A DNA stretch of 64,000 nt from Gemmatimonadaceae bacterium (GTDB lineage: Bacteria > Gemmatimonadota > Gemmatimonadetes > Gemmatimonadales > Gemmatimonadaceae): the NCBI GenBank assembly GCA_044224875.1, contig JBGAJQ010000011.1, positions 1 to 64,000 of the forward strand, in the 5' to 3' direction. Each line of letters starts with the position of its first letter. The first letter of the stretch is position 1. The notes below the pieces were generated by a model. It was not told the origin of the DNA and made no database searches. It saw only the letters and a program-made list of their open reading frames with translations. Made by a program: the position numbers and the translations under genes. Positions 41,587 to 52,710 of the stretch are shown here, in pieces.

Positions 41587-42098
41587 TGAACGGCGTACTC
41601 CAGGGATACGGTCCCGGTCTTCTGGTACGTGCGATGCGCAATCAGCTTCAACGATGTCAGGGGGGTAGGCGGTGGGAGGAGCGGCAGGCCCTCGCCAAGC
41701 AGCACCGGAATAATCGCAACCTCCACCGTGTCAACGAGCCCCAGTTGCAGAAGACTGCGAAACAGCAGTCCCCCACCGAACAGCCAGATGTCGCGTCCCG
41801 GTTCATTCTGCAAGGCAGCGATCGTTGCGGCTGGATCGGCAGAGACCGTGACGCCAGGACACTCGGCCGGATTCAGCGTGCGCGAGATGACGAAGACTTG
41901 AACGCCTGGCATCCCGCCACCTCCTCCCTGTCGCTTCGTGAGCTCGTACGTGCGTCGGCCAAGGATTACGGTGTCGAACTGCACCATCAGCGCGGCGAAG
42001 TCGATGTCGGGATCCATGAGGATCCAATCACTCTCTCCGTTTGGACCGGAGATGTATCCGTCCAGGCTCATGGCGACTGAGAATCTTACGCGTCTCAC
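41583..42098 (-). CDS. Dihydrofolate reductase/RibD C-terminal family protein
   Basis: AMSLDGYI, GRRTYE, IWLFGGG, PVLLGEG. Confidence 0.92.
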   Translation of the reverse strand: MRRVRFSVAMSLDGYISGPNGESDWILMDPDIDFAALMVQFDTVILGRRTYELTKRQGGGGGMPGVQVFVISRTLNPAECPGVTVSADPAATIAALQNEPGRDIWLFGGGLLFRSLLQLGLVDTVEVAIIPVLLGEGLPLLPPPTPLTSLKLIAHRTYQKTGTVSLEYAVQ

Positions 42099-42267
42099 AC
42101 GCTCCTCCTCGCGACCTCAGGATTGTCAGCACGACGTCGCAAACGCATTACTGGTTAAAGCCCTCAGGGCAGCGCTCTCATGGGCGCGCACGGCGGTGCA
42201 TGGGCGGAGCGGGGCCGATAGCGCGCTTGATTGTGTGACGGAGCGATGCGGATCACAAGGCGCATGC

Positions 42268-42759
42268 TTAGCCACGATTCGCATCGGAGTGCAGGCGCTC
42301 CCGCCGCTGGCGCAGCACTTCGTAGACTGCGACGGCGACTGACGTGGAGAGGTTCAACGATCGCACGTGAGTCGACGCGATTGGCATTCCCACGAATTGC
42401 GCCTTATACCGCTCATGGAGTTCGGCGGGAAGCCCGCCGGTCTCGCGCCCGAACACCAGGACGGCGTTCTCGGTTTGGCCCAGCGGGGCATCCCAAAACA
42501 GGCGAGTCGCCTTGGTGGAGAAGAAGAACGGCACGCCAAGCGAGGGTAATTCGCGCTCAAACGCATCCCATCCAGTCCACACGCGTCGTTCGACGTGTTC
42601 CCAGTAGTCGAGGCCCGCGCGCTTTACTTCGCGATCGTCGAGTGAAAAGCCGAGGGGTTCGATCAAGTGCAGGGTGGCACCGGTCGCCAGGCATGTTCTG
42701 CCCGCATTGCCGGTGTTCCAATGAATCTCGGGATGCACGAGCACGACGTGAATGGCCAC
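42268..42759 (-). CDS. trmL: tRNA (cytidine(34)-2'-O)-methyltransferase, SPOUT family
   Basis: PEIHWNTGNAGRTC, KRAGLDYW, FGRETGGLP, RSLNLS. Confidence 0.93.
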   Translation of the reverse strand: MAIHVVLVHPEIHWNTGNAGRTCLATGATLHLIEPLGFSLDDREVKRAGLDYWEHVERRVWTGWDAFERELPSLGVPFFFSTKATRLFWDAPLGQTENAVLVFGRETGGLPAELHERYKAQFVGMPIASTHVRSLNLSTSVAVAVYEVLRQRRERLHSDANRG

Positions 42760-42791
42760 GAGCAGTCTCTCCTAGGTCAATCAGCCGCGTC

Positions 42792-43961
42792 CTACCGCAT
42801 CATGAGCAGTCCGGCAGCCGCACCACCAAGCACCAGCCAGACGGAGTTGAGCCTGAATCGAAACAACAGTCCTGCGCTCACGAGCGCGAGGCCGGCCGTT
42901 GGGACGTCGTCGATGGCCGCTCGGCCCATCTGCCAGGTAACCACTGCCATGAGCGCAAGCGACGCGACGTTCACGCCGGCCAATCCGGCTCGGAACCTAG
43001 GCGACGCGCGAAGACTCGGGAGGAGCGCACTGCTTACGGCGACAAAGATGAACGCCGGCAGGAAGATTCCAATGGTGGCCAGCATGGCCCCGCCCGCGCC
43101 ACCGAGCACGTAGCCAATGAAGGTGGCGGCCGTGAACACAGGTCCGGGAGTCGCCTGGCCAATGGCGATTGCGTCGAACAGCTGAGTCTCGGTGATCCAT
43201 CCGAGGCGCTCCACAAACTCCGCGCGCAGCAGTGCAATCAGAACGTACCCACTTCCGAACAGCACGGCGCCCACCTTCGCAAACGCGAGGAACATCGTGT
43301 AGCTGCTGAATGGAGCCGCGCCTCCGACCTGAGTTGCGAGGCTTGTGAAGGCTGCCATTCGCCCGGACTGGTTTTTCCACTCCGAACCGGACGTTGCAGC
43401 TGCGTGGGCAAGTCCGGCGATGAGCAGAAGGAGCAGCTCGTCGACACCCGCCACGATGCCGACGATTGACACCACCGCGATCCCCGCGAGGAGTGGCGTC
43501 TTGATCGCCGTGCGTCCCAGCCGATACAGCGCCTGCAGCACGATGGCCAGGACGACCGGCTTCATGCCGTGTAAGAGGCCAGTCATGCTTGGCAGCGAGC
43601 CGAAGTGCACGTACACCCACGCCAGCAATCCGACGAGCGTGGCAGCGGGCATGATGAACGAGACGCCGGCGACCAGGAGCCCGCGCCATCCCGCGCGCAA
43701 CCGCCCAACGTGGATTGCCAGTTCGGTGGAGTTCGGCCCGGGAATGAGGTTCGTGGCACCGACCAGGTCGAGAAAGTCCTCGCGAGTCAGCCACCCGCGC
43801 CGGTTCACGATCTCATCTTCCATCATGGCCACGTGCGCGACCGGGCCGCCGAACGAGGTGACACCCAGGCGAAGGAAGAGCGTGGCAAGCTCCCTGAGCC
43901 GGGACGGGAGTCCCGACTGCACGTCGTTCGCTGTCGTGCGGGATGTGGTCTGCGGAGGCAC
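42792..43961 (-). CDS. chrA: Chromate efflux transporter (long-chain CHR)
   Basis: FLRLGVTSFGGP, PGPNSTELA, FGSGYVL, GQATPGPVFT. Confidence 0.95.
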   Translation of the reverse strand: MPPQTTSRTTANDVQSGLPSRLRELATLFLRLGVTSFGGPVAHVAMMEDEIVNRRGWLTREDFLDLVGATNLIPGPNSTELAIHVGRLRAGWRGLLVAGVSFIMPAATLVGLLAWVYVHFGSLPSMTGLLHGMKPVVLAIVLQALYRLGRTAIKTPLLAGIAVVSIVGIVAGVDELLLLLIAGLAHAAATSGSEWKNQSGRMAAFTSLATQVGGAAPFSSYTMFLAFAKVGAVLFGSGYVLIALLRAEFVERLGWITETQLFDAIAIGQATPGPVFTAATFIGYVLGGAGGAMLATIGIFLPAFIFVAVSSALLPSLRASPRFRAGLAGVNVASLALMAVVTWQMGRAAIDDVPTAGLALVSAGLLFRFRLNSVWLVLGGAAAGLLMMR

Positions 43962-44038
43962 GCATGTACACTACGAGCGGTCACTTCAGAACGTCAGCCC
44001 CGCGCGGGCTGTGCCTTCCTTCAGCTCGTACGGGATCA

Positions 44039-45034
44039 ATGACACTGCCAAAGTCGCTCCCCCACCATGCACCTGACGGTCGCTTCCAGAATCCGTGGCC
44101 GCGCAGCGGTACGGCCGGTTTGGGACGTGCGCTGCGTTGGGGACTCATCCGCAACCTTCAGAGGCTTGCGCCTACACCAGCGCGCGGAAGTCTCCCGACG
44201 GCCGTATCGCAGGTCGAGTATCCGCGAGCCGACGTGTCCACGCACCTGGCCACATGGATCGGCCACTCCACCGTGCTGTTGCAGATGGCGGGGCTCAACG
44301 TCATCACGGATCCGGTGTTTGCCGCACGCGCATCCCCATTCGCGAGCCTTGGCCCGCGGCGTGTGATGGACGCGGCGATGCCGCTGGACGCCTTGCCGCC
44401 GCTGGATGTGGTCCTGGTGTCCCACAACCACTACGACCACTTGGATCGCGACTCGACCGAGCGCCTGGCGGCCACGACGAATGCCACGTGGGTCGCACCG
44501 TTGAAGCTGGGAGAGACACTCACGCGCTGGGGTGTTCGTGACGTGGTGGAGCTCGACTGGTGGCAGAGCGCGAACGTGCGTGGCCTGGACCTCACGGCTA
44601 CACCGGCCCGGCACTTCAGTGGACGCTCACTGACGGATCGATTCGCGACCTTGTGGTGCGGATACACGATCGCCAGCTCCATCGCCCGAGCGTACTTTGT
44701 CGGCGACAGCGCCTACCATCCGGAGTTTGGTGAGGTCGGCGAACGCTGCGGGCCGTTCGACTTTCTCATGATGCCCATTGGTGCCTATGATCCACGTTGG
44801 ATGATGCGCAGCGTGCACCTGGATCCCGAGGAAGCCGTCCAGGCCTACGTCGATGTGGGTAGCGCCCACGATGTACAGCCGCTGATGCTTGGCATTCACT
44901 GGGGAACCTTTCGCCTCACCGACGAGGCCATGGACGAGCCCCCGTCACGAGTGCGACGTGAATGGGCTCGTCGGACATTGGACCCCACCCGACTCTGGAT
45001 CGCTGCCTTCGGCGAGACGCGTCGCTGGCGGTAG
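44039..45034 (+). CDS. MBL-fold metallo-hydrolase (NAPE-PLD-like)
   Basis: TWIGHST, TDPVF, SHNHYDHLD, PARHFSGR, PIGAYDPRW, IHWGTF. Confidence 0.93.
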   Translation: MTLPKSLPHHAPDGRFQNPWPRSGTAGLGRALRWGLIRNLQRLAPTPARGSLPTAVSQVEYPRADVSTHLATWIGHSTVLLQMAGLNVITDPVFAARASPFASLGPRRVMDAAMPLDALPPLDVVLVSHNHYDHLDRDSTERLAATTNATWVAPLKLGETLTRWGVRDVVELDWWQSANVRGLDLTATPARHFSGRSLTDRFATLWCGYTIASSIARAYFVGDSAYHPEFGEVGERCGPFDFLMMPIGAYDPRWMMRSVHLDPEEAVQAYVDVGSAHDVQPLMLGIHWGTFRLTDEAMDEPPSRVRREWARRTLDPTRLWIAAFGETRRWR

Positions 45035-45066
45035 GACGAAATGCGTGGTCGCCGGTCGTTGATGGC

Positions 45067-45633
45067 CTAGATGCCCATCGACGCGCGGTAGCTCCGGTAC
45101 ACGGGCACGGCACGCAGCAGCGCCGCCAAGACCTCTCGCAACGCTGCAGCCAACTGCTCATCCGCGGCGATTGTTGCAGCTGTCAGATCGCGACCCGGGA
45201 GCCTGAGCGGCACGGCCTCGTCGAACACGAGACGAGCGGACATGGTGCGAAGTGTTTCCGCCAGTGAGGCCTGCGCGTACGAGGAACGCGGCGACACATT
45301 CACGAGGGCGACGGGTTTGTGAGGAACCTCCGGTCCGCTGACCAGCCAGTCCAGTGCGTTCTTGAGCACGCCGGGAACGCCATGCGCGTACTCAGGCGAA
45401 CAGATCAGCATGGCGTCCGCCGCTCGAACCTGTGCGCGCAATGACTGCACCGTCGCTGGAAGCGGAACACCTTCGACGTCGTGGTCCGGATTGAAGGCCG
45501 GCACGTCCGCGAGTCCGGTCAGCAACGGCACTCGCACCTCGGGAGAGGCGAGGTGTGCCACAGCCATCAGAACCTCGGTATTGGTCGACTGCGCGCGCAG
45601 ACTCCCGGAAATGGCCAGGATCGTCGTCGACAC
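45067..45633 (-). CDS. NADPH-dependent FMN reductase
   Basis: AISGSLRAQSTN, SPEYAHGVPGVLKNALDW. Confidence 0.93.
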   Translation of the reverse strand: MSTTILAISGSLRAQSTNTEVLMAVAHLASPEVRVPLLTGLADVPAFNPDHDVEGVPLPATVQSLRAQVRAADAMLICSPEYAHGVPGVLKNALDWLVSGPEVPHKPVALVNVSPRSSYAQASLAETLRTMSARLVFDEAVPLRLPGRDLTAATIAADEQLAAALREVLAALLRAVPVYRSYRASMGI

Positions 45634-47196
45634 CTACGCCGCCGCCTCGATCTCCAGTTCGCGGAGATCCCGCCCACGGCTCTCTCCGCCGAAGACGACC
45701 AATAGCAGGAAGCCCACCGCCGTCGGGACCGCGACTGCCAGCGCCGCGGCGCCTAACGGCGGTACGACGCCGGCTAGACTCAGTCCCTGCGCCACCAACC
45801 CGCCGAACTTGCTGCAGCCAGCCACCCAACCGGTGGCGCGCCCCCGCACGCGCAGCGGATAGCTCTCGGCAGTGTACGGCAGCAGGATCGAAATCACGCC
45901 GCTGGATCCCACGATGAGGAGCGACAGTGGGATCACTGGACTGGTCGCCGGGTTGGAGCTGCGCAACAACAGTCCGATCAATCCACCCATCATGATGCCC
46001 GTCATGACCAGCAGCGCCCCCTTGGTGCTCCACGACGCATAGAGCCACGCTGACACCACGATCACGGGCGCGGCGATCACCGTTGACTGCGCAATCAGGG
46101 CGCTCGACGCCGCCACACTTCGTCCTTCTGCCACCAACGCGCTCGGCAGCCACAACATGATTCCGAAGTTCACGAGGCCCCAGGCGAGCGCGCTGAAGGT
46201 CAGCGCCACCGTGAGGCGCTTCTGGCTTGGGGTCATGGCGGCGAGACGGGTCGAGCGCGGCGCGCTGGCCGCGCGCTCCTGGCGGTGGGACTGTACCACG
46301 GCCCCGAACCGCGCGAGGACGGCCCGAGCCTCCCCGCTTCGGCCCATCTGCTGAAGAAAACGCGCCGACTCAGGGAGGAACGGGCTTAGCGCAATGAGGA
46401 TCAAACCCGTCGGCAGGTTGAGGAACCACATGATCCGCCAACCGAACTCCGGCTGCAACAAGGCTGACAGCGAACTCGCGGCAAAGAACCCGCCCACCGC
46501 GCCGATGCCTCCGATCATCACAAGCGTCCAGCCGCGATGGCGCGTGGGCATGATCTCGGCAAGCAGGGCGTAGGTCACCGGCAACATGCCCCCCGCGGCC
46601 ATGCCCATCAACATGCACATGAAGACATTCCACCAGAAGCTCGGCATCGCCCCGCAGATGGACGTCCCAATGAACATGACGCTCGACAGCAAAATCGAGG
46701 CGCGCCTTCCGTACAGGTCAGCCAACGCCCCCCAGATGAACGAGCCAATGACCGTCCCCGTCAGCGCCGCCAGCGGCAGCCACGCCACCATTTCCTTGCC
46801 GACGGAGTACTCCTTGCGCATGCCAGGCGTGACGAAGCCCAGACTCGCCGGCTTCATGATGTCGATGATGAGGGCCAGGGCCAGGAGTGCCGCGAGCGTC
46901 CAGTGAGCGCGAGTGAGCGGCGCATCTTCTGGCGGCGCGATGGTCTCGACCACGCGATCGACCGTCGGTACGGTCGTCGGCAACAGACCGTACCCGGCAA
47001 GCAGCACGCCGCCGACGATCAAGGCCATCCCCCACAGCATCCCTTGATCCATGGGCATGCCGGCAAGCACGTAGCCGTTGCTGCGCCCCATCAGGAACAT
47101 CGGCAGATGTAACACCACCCCCGCCGTCACCGTGATGCAGCCCAACCAGAAGGCCAGCGCACTGCGCCTCGCTTCGAATGTCACGACAGCTGGCAT
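45634..47196 (-). CDS. MFS transporter with extra N-terminal TM hairpin
   Basis: GALADLYGRR, AEIMPTRHRG, PESARF, AESYPLRVRGRATG. Confidence 0.92.
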   Translation of the reverse strand: MPAVVTFEARRSALAFWLGCITVTAGVVLHLPMFLMGRSNGYVLAGMPMDQGMLWGMALIVGGVLLAGYGLLPTTVPTVDRVVETIAPPEDAPLTRAHWTLAALLALALIIDIMKPASLGFVTPGMRKEYSVGKEMVAWLPLAALTGTVIGSFIWGALADLYGRRASILLSSVMFIGTSICGAMPSFWWNVFMCMLMGMAAGGMLPVTYALLAEIMPTRHRGWTLVMIGGIGAVGGFFAASSLSALLQPEFGWRIMWFLNLPTGLILIALSPFLPESARFLQQMGRSGEARAVLARFGAVVQSHRQERAASAPRSTRLAAMTPSQKRLTVALTFSALAWGLVNFGIMLWLPSALVAEGRSVAASSALIAQSTVIAAPVIVVSAWLYASWSTKGALLVMTGIMMGGLIGLLLRSSNPATSPVIPLSLLIVGSSGVISILLPYTAESYPLRVRGRATGWVAGCSKFGGLVAQGLSLAGVVPPLGAAALAVAVPTAVGFLLLVVFGGESRGRDLRELEIEAAA

Positions 47197-47407
47197 ACCG
47201 GGTTGCGCCTGTGTGGGACGGGAGACGGCGGTGTAAGCTACTGACCGGATCGCGCGTGGGGAGCTAGGTCCGGAGACGACGCTCGCGTGGCACCTTGGAG
47301 CGCAGCAGAACCCGTGCCACGCAGCTCATTCCCTCCGCCCGCTCGAAAGCACAAGATAGGTGGCGCCGTGGTACCCGCACGTCGCCCTCAACCCGGCCGG
47401 AGAAGCC

Positions 47408-49435
47408 ATGTCGTCTGCCCGTACTCTCATCCCGCTCGTCCTGGCGTTAGGCACACCCGTCATGGCCGCGCCGGCGCGACCGCAAAATCCTCGGCCCTTT
47501 GCCCCGGAAGACCTGCGTCTCATTCGCACGGTGAGCGATGTGCAGTTGTCACCCGATGGGACTCAGGCCCTCATCACCGTAACCAGCTCGGAATCCCCAG
47601 GACGTCCGCGCTCTGAGGTAAGGCTGCTGACCCTTGCCACCGGCTTGTCGCGCCGACTCGGACGAGAAGGTGAGGGCGTGTCTGGCGCGCGTTGGTCGCC
47701 GAAGGGGGACTGGCTAGCGTACTTCGGGCGCGAGGGTGACCGGTATGGCCTGATCGTCGCCCGCGCCGACGGCAGCGATGCCCGCCTCATCGCCGACGTC
47801 GCAAGCACGAACCACCCGCTCCCGACCAGCGGTGAGCGTTTGAGCTGGTCACCAGACGGCACGCAGGTCGCGTACGTGTCGGCGACCGCCGGACCCGAGG
47901 TGGACGCCAACGGCGACCCCATGGTGATCACCCGCTACCTGTACAAACCGACGGCCGGAGAAGGTCTCACGAGGTTCAACGACAATCGGCGCCTGCACGT
48001 CTTCGTCGCCAACGCGGCGACGGGGGCAGTCAGGCAGCTCACCACGGGCGACTATTACGAGCATTCCCTCGACTGGTCACCCGGCGGCGATGAGGTGCTC
48101 TTCGTCTCCAATCGCGAACCCGATCCGGACCGCTTCTTCAACTACGATGTGTTTGCGGTTCGCGTGGCCACCGGCGCTGTCCGCCGCATCACCACCACCA
48201 AGAATGCCGAATACGCGCCGGTGTGGTCGCCCGACGGCACCGTCATCGCGTACCAGGGCACCAAGCGCACGCTGACCTCCTCGGAAACGACCATGGAGGA
48301 CACGCACCTGTGGACGATGAACGCCGACGGAAGCGACCGACGAGAAATCGTGACACTTGACAATCGCCAGGGAGCGCCCGCCTGGTCTGCGGACGGCCGT
48401 GCGATCTACTTCACCCTGCAGGACCACGGGAATGTTCATCTCTATCGGACAACGTTAGGCGGCGCGACTCCGGAACGGGTCGTTGGGGGGACGGGTACCG
48501 TAGGGTCCTGGTCCGTCGGCCGGGACGGGACCATCGCCTATGCCTTCACCGCCACCGACCGCGCCGCCGAGTTGTACATCCGCACGAGCGCAGGCGCCAC
48601 ACGCCGTGTCACGACCTTCAACGACAGCCTGATGGCGCAGCGGCGGACAGCTGGCGTCGACTCCTTCACGGTGACCAGCGTGCGCGGAGTTCCCGTGCAG
48701 TCGTTTCTTGTCCGCCCGTTGGATCTGACGACCGGCAAGGCGCCACTCATCGCGCTGATCCACGGTGGACCGCACGGACAGCAAGGCGCCGCGTTCAATG
48801 CCAGCGCACAGGTCTACGCCGCCCACGGATACGGAGTACTCCTCGTGAACTATCGCGGGAGCACCGGCTACGGGCAGGCTCACGCCGATGCCATCTTCGG
48901 CGACCAGAATGGAGCAGAGGCGCAGGACGTACTGGTAGCCGTCGATTCCGCACTCGCGCGCTATGCGTGGATCGACTCCACTCGCCTAGGCGTCGAGGGT
49001 GGAAGTTACGGCGGACAACTCGCGAACTGGCTTGTGACGCGGACAGATCGCTTCAAGGCGGCCATTCCTCGCGCCGGCATCAGCAACCTCGTCACCCAGA
49101 ACTACCTCTCGTACTATCACGACTACCTGGCCGTGGAATTCGGATCGTTCCCGCACGAGGGCTCGGTCATGGACACGCTCTGGGCACGTTCACCGATTCG
49201 CTATGTCTCGCGTGTACGCACGCCTGTGCTGTTCCTGCACGGTGAAAACGACAACGACGTGCCGATCGCTGAGGCCGAGCAATTCTACATTGCCCTGATG
49301 GACGTAGGTGTACAGACGCAGATGATCCGTTATCCGCGCGAGGGGCACGGGCTACGCGAGACCAACCACGTGATCGACGCGCTCATCCGGTCGATGAACT
49401 GGTACGACCGGTGGTTCGCGAAGCCCAAAGTATGA
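47408..49435 (+). CDS. S9 family peptidase with PD40 beta-propeller
   Basis: WSPDG repeats, IHGGPH, NYRGSTGYG, GGSYGG nucleophile, HGENDNDV, EGH. Confidence 0.95.
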   Translation: MSSARTLIPLVLALGTPVMAAPARPQNPRPFAPEDLRLIRTVSDVQLSPDGTQALITVTSSESPGRPRSEVRLLTLATGLSRRLGREGEGVSGARWSPKGDWLAYFGREGDRYGLIVARADGSDARLIADVASTNHPLPTSGERLSWSPDGTQVAYVSATAGPEVDANGDPMVITRYLYKPTAGEGLTRFNDNRRLHVFVANAATGAVRQLTTGDYYEHSLDWSPGGDEVLFVSNREPDPDRFFNYDVFAVRVATGAVRRITTTKNAEYAPVWSPDGTVIAYQGTKRTLTSSETTMEDTHLWTMNADGSDRREIVTLDNRQGAPAWSADGRAIYFTLQDHGNVHLYRTTLGGATPERVVGGTGTVGSWSVGRDGTIAYAFTATDRAAELYIRTSAGATRRVTTFNDSLMAQRRTAGVDSFTVTSVRGVPVQSFLVRPLDLTTGKAPLIALIHGGPHGQQGAAFNASAQVYAAHGYGVLLVNYRGSTGYGQAHADAIFGDQNGAEAQDVLVAVDSALARYAWIDSTRLGVEGGSYGGQLANWLVTRTDRFKAAIPRAGISNLVTQNYLSYYHDYLAVEFGSFPHEGSVMDTLWARSPIRYVSRVRTPVLFLHGENDNDVPIAEAEQFYIALMDVGVQTQMIRYPREGHGLRETNHVIDALIRSMNWYDRWFAKPKV

Positions 49436-49481
49436 AAGGCCACCCCGACGAAAGCTTGAGAGGCTCCGCGGTGTCACAGCG

Positions 49482-50928
49482 TCAGGGAACGCGAGCGAAA
49501 TAGCCGTCGCCAACGTAGAGCCGCGTCACCCTTCCGCCCTCCTCCGCGAAGCGCACGACTTCACCGATCTCGCCCCCGCCGGTTGCGGCAATGACCTTGA
49601 ACCGGCCGTTGCCGAGTGGCTCGAGCGTCACGGGATTGTCCACGTTAGGCGCGTTGGGCGTAATGAGGACGAGTCGGTCCTTCATCAGGACCACCTGTTC
49701 GTCGCCCCACGCGCCGCGATAGAGTCCCGCAAAACGCGCCCACGATGGGTCCCAAGCCACCACGGTCGGGTTTGGCTTCGCCGCCTTGGCCACCGCGGCG
49801 CCGACCGTGGACATCAGTTGGCGCGCGATCCCGCCAGGGTCGGAGTCATTGGTGTTGGTCAACACGATCACAGCGACCTTGTCGTCCAGTTGAATTCAGC
49901 GTGTTCGTCGTGTTGCCAAGGTATCCGCCCCCGTGACCGACATAGGTGCGATTGTTGATGCGGCTGACGGCGAAGCCAATAGCCGTTCCCGAGTTCCAGG
50001 TCTCCTCCACGGAGCGCACGCGGTGCATCTCCCGCAACGAACCCGTACTCAGGATCTGGCGGCCGCCCATCTTCCCGGTCCGGAACTGGGCCTCCACGAA
50101 CTTGGCCATGTCCTCCACGTTCGACGAAATGCCGGTGGCCGATGCCATCCCCCGGGCGTCGATGAATGGAATCACGGCGCGCGAACCGTCGGGCATGCGG
50201 CGGCCGTATCCCACCGTCAACGCGGGATCGTTCTTGTCCACGCTCGACGCCGTCATGCCTAACGGCTCAAAGATGTGGGTCTGTACATAGTCCGACCACC
50301 GTTGCCCGCTGACGGCTTCTACCACCATCCCGGCGATCGTGTAGGCGAGGTTCGAGTATTTCCAGCGCGTCGCTGGGGGAAAAGCCGCCTGTCGATCGGC
50401 GATCAGGCGTTTGATGTCGTCCCCCGATGGAAACTCGTTCGTGGCCCAGTGGTCCCCGGCCTCCCTCGGCAGTCCCGACGCATGCGTCAGGAGTTGCTCG
50501 ATCGTCACCTCGCCATCGTTCTCCTCCGCCGGTTTCACCGAGAACCACGGCAGGTACTTCTTGACCGGATCGTCCAAACGCAACTTCCCCTGCTCTCGCA
50601 GCTGCATGATGGAGGTGGCCGTGAACAACTTGCTGTGCGAGGCCATGCGGAACAGCGTGGTCGCTGTCATGGGCCGCTTCGTGCTCACGTCGGCGAACCC
50701 AAAGCCCTTCGACCATACCAGCTCCTGGTCGCTCACCACGCCAACGGCGATGCCGGGCAGCCCGCGGTAGGCGATCTGGGCGTCGAGCCACGCCGAGAAG
50801 AGCCGTTCAGCGGCGAGGACGTCCGGGTCGTTGGCCACCGTGCTCGCTGGCTGTGCGGACAGCCGCGTAGCCAGGATGACAGCCAGCAGGGCGGTACGGA
50901 CGACGGGCACGGAAAGGCGGGAAGCCAT
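49482..50928 (-). CDS. Serine hydrolase, beta-lactamase class C-like (frameshift near 49890)
   Basis: ASHSK (SxxK), LLTHASG, YSN, GHGGG; C-terminal part (VIVLTN...) in another frame. Confidence 0.9.
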
Positions 50929-51179
50929 GGAAATTGCTCGCGTTGACGATGCGCTAGCCTCGCCTCCCAGCCCGCGGCCGTCAAGACCGCCGGCACCCAA
51001 TGCCGACCGTCGCAACGATCGACGAAACGGACAGCGCCTAACGCGAAGTTCGCCGTCGCACCGCGGCTAGACCGGCGGCGGTCCCACGCTGGTCAGGACC
51101 TCGTAGTGCAGGACGCCAGGCTCCCGCTCCAGCAGGAAGGCGTCGTCCTCTCGCCAGCGGCGCGCTCGCGGGCGAACCG

Positions 51180-51644
51180 TTACGCTGGTGTCGGGGCCAG
51201 GCGCCGCCACACGAGCGTTCGCGTCACGGGTTCTCCGCCTGCCGTGGCGGTGGCCAGCGCGATGGTGAGTGTGTCCCCATCCACCAGCATGGTGCGGGTG
51301 AGCACGAGTCCCACGTTTTCCGCAGACAGTGCACCAAGCAACTTCTGCGTGACCGTTCCCCGTGCGTCATCGACCGTGTACGTGCCAAAGTACGCATCGT
51401 AACCCGCCTGCGAGCGCGAGTTGTTCGGCGCCGCCACCGATTGGGCCATGGACCGATCGGTCGACCCCATCGAGGTGCGATCCCGTTTCATGAACTGCGC
51501 GGCAAAGTGCCCGCTGCGGTCGTAATACAGCAGCGCCACCGGATCACTACCCAGCATCGGCTCGGGGCGAGGCTCGCCAGCCGCCGTCCGGTCCATGCGG
51601 CTGAGCAGCTCCCACGTGCCGATCATTGATTCCGAGAGTGACAT
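51180..51644 (-). CDS. Lipocalin-like domain protein
   Basis: IGTWELLS, YDAYFGTYTVD, TLVWRR. Confidence 0.85.
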   Translation of the reverse strand: MSLSESMIGTWELLSRMDRTAAGEPRPEPMLGSDPVALLYYDRSGHFAAQFMKRDRTSMGSTDRSMAQSVAAPNNSRSQAGYDAYFGTYTVDDARGTVTQKLLGALSAENVGLVLTRTMLVDGDTLTIALATATAGGEPVTRTLVWRRLAPTPA

Positions 51645-51730
51645 GAGGTCGGGCTCCAAGTCTGTGACAGATGTCGTCTGCGTCCGCGATGTTTGACGTA
51701 CGGCACCAGGCGTTCCGCAGCTTCGTCGCG

Positions 51731-52669
51731 TCAGCGCGCCAGCCAGTTCAGGACGCGCCGCGCGCGCAGCGTGAGCCAGCGATTCGGAGCGCCAACTTCG
51801 CCGGCGATCTCCTCGTACAGCGTGTCACGGTGCCTATGGGCGAGAACCCAACGTCCGTCAGGTCGTTGTTGCTGGCGGACGATACCGGCAGCCTCCTCGA
51901 CTCGCGCATCCGCCGGCACCTGGGCGTTGCGCAGGTAGTCGAGCGCGCGTAGTGCGTCGTAGTGCCACAGTGGCGGAAACACGAGCCTGGTCCATCCCGG
52001 GTCGATCAGTTCGCCGGAGGACAGTCTACGCAGGAGTTTCCTCGCGAGCAGATATTCTTGCCCGCGACGGCGGGCATGGCTCACGCGAGGCGAGTCGCCA
52101 AACGCCTGCTCGAACGCGAGGAGGCCTTCGAGCACACACAGCGTCGTGTGAAACGACGAACGGATCGAGTTCCCACGCTCGGCCTCGCAATTCCATCCGC
52201 CGTCCTCCAGCTGTTCACTCAGCAGGCGATCAACCAGCCGATCGCTTCGCACACCGAAGTACGCGCCGAGTGCGACGGCACGTCCGTTGATGCACGGCTC
52301 CACCTCGCCCTCGAAGAACGGTGAGTCGCCAAACTCCGGCCCCCAGGTGACGTGCTCACGCACGCGATCGATTGCCGCGCGCACGGACGGACTCCCAGGG
52401 TCAACACCAAGGTCACGCAGAAATACCAGCGTGTACAAGTTTGACCACCAGAATGGCAGGTCGACCCCGTCGCCCCACTGTCCGTCTGACCGCTGTGCGG
52501 CCAGCAGCTGCGCCCCCCACCCTTCAGCGGCAACACGAGACCGCTCAGCCGCAACAATGTCGTCAGGCACATCGCAGAAATCGCGCATCACCTGCCATCG
52601 TATGGACGGGTCGCTGTCGAGGAGCCAGGAGAGGACCGGGTCGCTCGGTGTCTGGGATGCAGGGTTCAT
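51731..52669 (-). CDS. Prenyltransferase/squalene cyclase-like repeat hypothetical protein
   Basis: WLLDSDPSIRWQV, QRSDGQW, EPCING, QLEDGGWNC, SSFHTT, WHYD, QRPDGRW. Confidence 0.8.
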   Translation of the reverse strand: MNPASQTPSDPVLSWLLDSDPSIRWQVMRDFCDVPDDIVAAERSRVAAEGWGAQLLAAQRSDGQWGDGVDLPFWWSNLYTLVFLRDLGVDPGSPSVRAAIDRVREHVTWGPEFGDSPFFEGEVEPCINGRAVALGAYFGVRSDRLVDRLLSEQLEDGGWNCEAERGNSIRSSFHTTLCVLEGLLAFEQAFGDSPRVSHARRRGQEYLLARKLLRRLSSGELIDPGWTRLVFPPLWHYDALRALDYLRNAQVPADARVEEAAGIVRQQQRPDGRWVLAHRHRDTLYEEIAGEVGAPNRWLTLRARRVLNWLAR

Positions 52670-52710
52670 ATGGGACGGCGGAATCGATGGTCCTGAAGGC
52701 ATCAGGTGCG

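Noticed and set aside
41583..42098. Trimethoprim-resistance dfr genes (also 61539-62102)
   Set aside because: Motifs fit the RibD C-terminal-like family rather than FolA/DfrA.
51731..52669. True squalene-hopene cyclase
   Set aside because: About half the expected length and no DXDD motif.
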